Virus record (IMG/VR): IMGVR_UViG_3300016659_000052
Span: 1 to 38,051 of that record
Length of the DNA: 38,051 bases
Reading direction: 5' to 3' (one strand)
From: a virus
Lineage: Duplodnaviria; Caudoviricetes
The notes under the pieces were generated by a model. It did no database searches, was not told where the DNA came from, and saw only the letters and a program-made list of their open reading frames with translations. Positions 34,907 through 38,051 of the stretch are shown here, one piece after another (the first letter of the stretch is position 1; each line of letters begins with the position of its first letter). The translations under genes and the position numbers were made by a program.

Positions 34907-35075
34907 GGGACTAACCGTCGGCGACGGTCTCGCGTTCGGGGCCGAGCGCCACCGGGATGCGATCTGCGAGCGCTCGCGCGGCGACGCCGTCGTGAAGGTG
35001 GTTTCGGATTTCAACGCTTCGCTCGCCGCGCACCAGGCGCCGCCGAAGAAGAAGCCGTGGTGGCAGCCGTGGTGA
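34743..35075 (+). CDS. o-spanin lipoprotein (Rz1-like)
   Basis: Lipobox LALSA-C, Pro-rich, additional Cys; overlaps the i-spanin in another frame. Confidence 0.75.
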   Translation: MHLRLSPPTLLALGSLALSACATRPAPTPAPVAPIELTPALETSPCLRGSIPDPEGLTVGDGLAFGAERHRDAICERSRGDAVVKVVSDFNASLAAHQAPPKKKPWWQPW

Positions 35076-35239
35076 CCGACGACGCCGCCATGGGCGCGAT
35101 CGGGCTGATCATGACGCTCGTGTCCTTCGCGCTGCTGTTCGGGAGCTTCACGCCGTCGAAGCGGCGGGAGCCGGACGACGACTGGCGGCTGCACTGGCGC
35201 CCGAAACCGACGCGGCGCAAGCGCCGGCGCCGGAAATAG
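35072..35239 (+). CDS. Small membrane protein with basic tail
   Basis: GTGA-coupled; one TM segment; RRKRRRRK. Confidence 0.5.
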   Translation: MTDDAAMGAIGLIMTLVSFALLFGSFTPSKRREPDDDWRLHWRPKPTRRKRRRRK

Positions 35240-35300
35240 CGCCCGCCGCGACCGGGGTGGGCTTTGCTGGGTGGGGGATGCTTTCCCCGGCCGGGCGGGC
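35239..35300. terminator. GC-rich hairpin between convergent genes
   Basis: GCCCGCC..CCGGGG ... CCCCGG..GGCGGGC. Confidence 0.4.
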
Positions 35301-35308
35301 AGGGGACT

Positions 35309-36226
35309 CTAGGCCGCAGCGCGGCGCGGGTCGAGGTGGCCGGTGATCAGCCGGACCCGGTGGTAGGTGATCCCCAGCGGCGCGAACTGGCGGGCCGCGC
35401 CCTTAAGGCTCATGGTCCCGGCGGCGACCCCCTCGATGATGCGGCGCTCGGCCTCGGCTACTGCGGCCGGGTCGGTGGCGATCCGGGGCTTCACGGCGGG
35501 CTTCGCGGGCGCCTTGGGCGGCGCGGTGGTCGTGGTGACCGGGGCGGACTCCGCGTGCGCCGGAACCGCGCCGGCGCCCATGGCGAGCGCCACGGCGGCC
35601 CCGGCGGCGGCGATCCGTGACGGCGGGCGCTTCGGCGGCTCGGCCAGCTTCGGCGCCACCACAAGCCGGGCCTCGCGCTCCTTGCGGCGCTCAATGGCCG
35701 CCTGTTCCTGACGTGCGCGCTCCTCGCGCTCCCTGCGCGCCACTTCCTCGGCGGCGCGCGCCGCCGCATCGTTGGCTGCGATCTTGTCGATCGCCTTCCG
35801 GCCTTCCACGATCCACGTCATCGCGGGCTTCGCCACGCACAGGATCAGGGCGGCGAGATCGACGACATGCACGTCGGGCAGCTTTTCCGGGTTCGGCGCC
35901 ATGTCGGCCAGCACCAGCCAGCCCAGATGCACGCCGCCCGCCGAGCCGAACGCAAACACCAGCGTCACCGCAACCGCCGGCCAGAACGTCGGCCAGTGAA
36001 TGCGCCCGTCGATGCCCGACGCCGCGTGCATGGCGGCGGCGGCGGCGAAGTTCGCGCACGCCACCGCGAACGCGGTCATTGAGGCCAGCGCAAACACGCA
36101 CAGGACCGACAGCATCGGGGAGGAAATGAACAGCGCCAGGATGCCGGACACGCCGAACGCGGCGCCCGAGAGCGTGAGCCCCCAGCCGCACGCGCTCGAA
36201 TAGACGTATGGCCCGTGCTTCGACAT
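35309..36226 (-). CDS. Moron membrane protein: 4 TM + coiled coil + C-terminal HTH-like segment
   Basis: Four N-terminal hydrophobic helices, E/R-rich coil, SLKGAARQFAPLGITYHRVRLI. Confidence 0.75.
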   Translation of the reverse strand: MSKHGPYVYSSACGWGLTLSGAAFGVSGILALFISSPMLSVLCVFALASMTAFAVACANFAAAAAMHAASGIDGRIHWPTFWPAVAVTLVFAFGSAGGVHLGWLVLADMAPNPEKLPDVHVVDLAALILCVAKPAMTWIVEGRKAIDKIAANDAAARAAEEVARREREERARQEQAAIERRKEREARLVVAPKLAEPPKRPPSRIAAAGAAVALAMGAGAVPAHAESAPVTTTTAPPKAPAKPAVKPRIATDPAAVAEAERRIIEGVAAGTMSLKGAARQFAPLGITYHRVRLITGHLDPRRAAA

Positions 36227-36295
36227 TTGGGGTCACGTATCGTCAAGATTAGTTGACGGATCGTCACCGCTTCCAAACCGCGCTATACTGTCCCC

Positions 36296-36454
36296 ATGGA
36301 CAGCGCCGAGATTATCCGCCTGCCCGTATCGATACCCCGTATCGATACCCCGGAGCCCGAGACCGAAGCCCCGCCGCGCGTGCTGGTGTGGGTCGAGGCG
36401 CCGGCGGCCTGCGAGGAGCCGGACCCGGATGGGGTGTGGCGGGAAGTGGCTTAG
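36296..36454 (+). CDS. Small acidic protein (52 aa), leaderless
   Basis: Not in ORF track; GCTATACT-N6-ATG; MDSAEIIRLPVSIPRIDTPEPE...WREVA. Confidence 0.45.
   Translation: MDSAEIIRLPVSIPRIDTPEPETEAPPRVLVWVEAPAACEEPDPDGVWREVA
36323..36351. repeat. Tandem 13-bp repeat, each copy holding the palindrome GTATCGATAC
   Basis: Palindromes at 36326-36335 and 36339-36348. Confidence 0.85.
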
Positions 36455-36696
36455 GCCGCAGTCGGCGGAGTAGCCTTCGTCCCGCCGTGCTCCGGTGGCA
36501 CGCGGGCGAGGAGCATGTCGAGAATTTGCGTGTCGGTCGCCGTGCTGATCGTGGCGCGCACGTCGGACCGGTCCATCTTGCGCACGAGCGTCACGGCCTC
36601 CAGCGCGGCCTGAGCGGCGACGGCAAAGGGCAGGGTGACAAGGCCCTTGCGCATGATGTCCAGAAAGCGGGCTTCGAGGAGTTCGGCTGCGGTCAT
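36451..36696 (-). CDS. Hypothetical protein
   Basis: MTAAELLEARFLDIMRKG...; last gene of the right-end leftward run. Confidence 0.55.
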   Translation of the reverse strand: MTAAELLEARFLDIMRKGLVTLPFAVAAQAALEAVTLVRKMDRSDVRATISTATDTQILDMLLARVPPEHGGTKATPPTAA

Positions 36697-36736
36697 CGTG
36701 TCGCCCCCACCGCCTTTAGCGGCCTTAGCATTGCGA

Positions 36737-36946
36737 TCATGCATCAAGAGGCGCTCTCAAATACTTCACGAGATAAGCCGTGGCGCTTGCCTGCGCAGCG
36801 ACACGCTTGGCGTCACTTTCAAATTGGTCAACATCAGCGCGCGATCCGAAGAGGGGCCAAGGGCCAATGCCCTTCCGTTCCGCAACAATCATGCGCTCCT
36901 CACCGTCGATTTTGGCGCACCAAATCCAAAGTTCGTCACCGTTCAT
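36737..36946 (-). CDS. Hypothetical protein
   Basis: GGAGG RBS before ATG 36946. Confidence 0.65.
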   Translation of the reverse strand: MNGDELWIWCAKIDGEERMIVAERKGIGPWPLFGSRADVDQFESDAKRVAAQASATAYLVKYLRAPLDA

Positions 36947-36982
36947 TCAAGCCTCCATCGCTTTCAGCAGCGCCGCCAGCAG

Positions 36983-37152
36983 CGCCAGCGCGGCGCGGTC
37001 GGGCGGGGTCTCGGCTTCAGTCAGCGGCAGTTGTCCGGAATTCCCGGACAACTGAATTGCCAAGTTCCCCGTCCTCAATGAACTTGTTAACAACTCCGCT
37101 CGCGCGCCCGGTGGGGGCGTTGCCCGCCAGCGCGGCGCGGTCGGGCGGGGTC
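36983..37152. repeat. 28-bp direct repeats (36983-37010, 37125-37152) flanking a palindrome-bearing segment
   Basis: CGCCAGCGCGGCGCGGTCGGGCGGGGTC twice; CAGTTGTCCGG-AATTC-CCGGACAACTG (37028-37054); TTGTTAACAA (37084-37093). Confidence 0.85.
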
Positions 37153-37921
37153 ATGGGGTGGGCTCCAACTCATCGTCGTCCGCTTCTTCCGGCCCCGGCT
37201 CCTTGCCGTAGCACTCAACGTAGGCCGCAATGGCGTCGGGGTCGGATCGAAGCGCCTCACAGGTCCGCAGATCGAATGCGCCGTCCGCGCCATTCCCGCG
37301 CGCATAGAAGTTCCAGCCCTCGCAGAACGCGACATACCGCAATTCAAGATCCGGCTCGCGCTTGGCGATGGCGCGAAGAACCGGCTCGGGCGAGCACCAT
37401 GCCGTGTCAAACTTCACGCGGGCGCAGTCCGGCCTTCCGCCGGGGTCCGTGTCGCTGCTGTAAGCGTTCCACTTCGTGCCCCAGTTCTTGACGCCCCAGT
37501 CATACCAGCCCTTGGCCCCGGTCTCCGCAAAGCACCGGATCATACGATAGGCGTTGTCGATGGGGGCGTCGCCGACAACCTCGCGCAGATGCTTTTCCAT
37601 CCAGCCGTCGCGCATAGCCGCGTATCCAGGCCAACGGGGCAGGGCGGCAAACCGGCCGCCGTAATCCGTGCGCAACTGCTCCCAGAGCAGGTAGGCGCCA
37701 TCCAGGGCCATCAAGAACGGGATGTACCGGTCGCTGCCGTTCTCGACGACTTGATCCACAATCGGGGGCCGGTGGATCGCCTTGCCGAAATCGAACCCCC
37801 GCCATTGCTCGCGCCGGCCAGTGTCGGGGTTGGTCACGTCAAAGTCGGTGAAGTAGGCGCGCAACCGCTCAAAAGCGCCTGCGCCCTCGAAGGTCAGCAC
37901 TTGTGTGACGTGGTTAGGCAA
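37151..37921 (-). CDS. YubB/Api92 (DUF1281) ferredoxin-like domain protein
   Basis: GGAGGAGG before TTG; PNHV, FDF, GWYDW...NWGTKWNA, FDTAWCSP. Confidence 0.8.
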   Translation of the reverse strand: MPNHVTQVLTFEGAGAFERLRAYFTDFDVTNPDTGRREQWRGFDFGKAIHRPPIVDQVVENGSDRYIPFLMALDGAYLLWEQLRTDYGGRFAALPRWPGYAAMRDGWMEKHLREVVGDAPIDNAYRMIRCFAETGAKGWYDWGVKNWGTKWNAYSSDTDPGGRPDCARVKFDTAWCSPEPVLRAIAKREPDLELRYVAFCEGWNFYARGNGADGAFDLRTCEALRSDPDAIAAYVECYGKEPGPEEADDDELEPTP

Positions 37922-38051
37922 TTTCGCCTCCTCCAGAACAGAACGTCCCCGCAACGGGAACCCGAAAAACGGCCTGCAAAACTTCGCCCGCGCGCTTGGC
38001 GGGGGCAATGGCCGCCATCACTTCGGGCAACGGGCGGGGGCAGGTTCGAAC

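Larger units (their letters stand above)
1..38051. mobile_element. Temperate siphovirus genome/prophage (lambdoid regulation, RcGTA-like HK97-fold morphogenesis module); no att sites or host genes visible
   Basis: Continuous phage gene order from recombination and immunity through replication, packaging, head, tail and lysis; no housekeeping genes at either end. Confidence 0.95.

Noticed and set aside
1-38051. Many long Arg/Ala/Pro-rich ORFs in the six-frame track (e.g. 17631-19235 -, 24614-26242 -, 29413-31341 -, 36253-37491 +)
   Set aside because: Antisense or off-frame shadows of real genes in high-GC DNA; no RBS, coupling or motifs
37914-38051. Exact circular join of the window ends (the left partial ORF reads open through the join to TAA 37914)
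   Set aside because: No terminal repeat; an open frame has a high chance probability; the joined sequence lacks the expected Ead-like continuation. Not supportable without reads
1-38051. CRISPR array, tRNA, rRNA, IS transposase
   Set aside because: None recognisable by eye; a tRNAscan/Infernal run would be needed to exclude small RNAs

Overview
The whole window is one temperate, GC-rich siphovirus (phage or prophage), most likely of an alphaproteobacterial host; the GapR/DUF2312 homolog, the RcGTA-like head-tail genes and the frequent leaderless starts point that way. In order it holds: a leftward early operon (small genes, gapR-like, RecT- and RecE-like recombination genes; 1-4044); an immunity region (SNase-like nuclease, exported protein, CI/Cro pair, five 17-bp GTTCGG-N5-(C/G)CGAAC operators); rightward early and replication genes (HTH proteins, DnaA-domain-IV-like protein, DUF1376 initiator with iterons, helicase loader-like protein); a small serine recombinase; terS/terL, portal, MuF, HK97 protease and capsid, neck, tail tube, a frameshifted chaperone, tape measure, Dit, fibre, hub, NlpC-like protein, a tail-tip protein with a C-terminal Hint domain and a head-spike module; holin and spanins; then more leftward early-type genes. 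The most notable observations are: (1) three very basic head-cluster proteins share an N-terminal L-[ED]-x-K leader that matches motifs in the portal, protease and capsid, a candidate capsid-targeting/internal-protein system; (2) a non-canonical late promoter, TCCGC-N17/18-xAxxxT, gives leaderless mRNAs; (3) the tail tip carries a Hint autoprocessing domain; (4) no integrase and no endolysin can be recognised; (5) two morons encode 4-TM membrane proteins with their own operator repeats. All calls come from manual motif recognition; no database searches were run.
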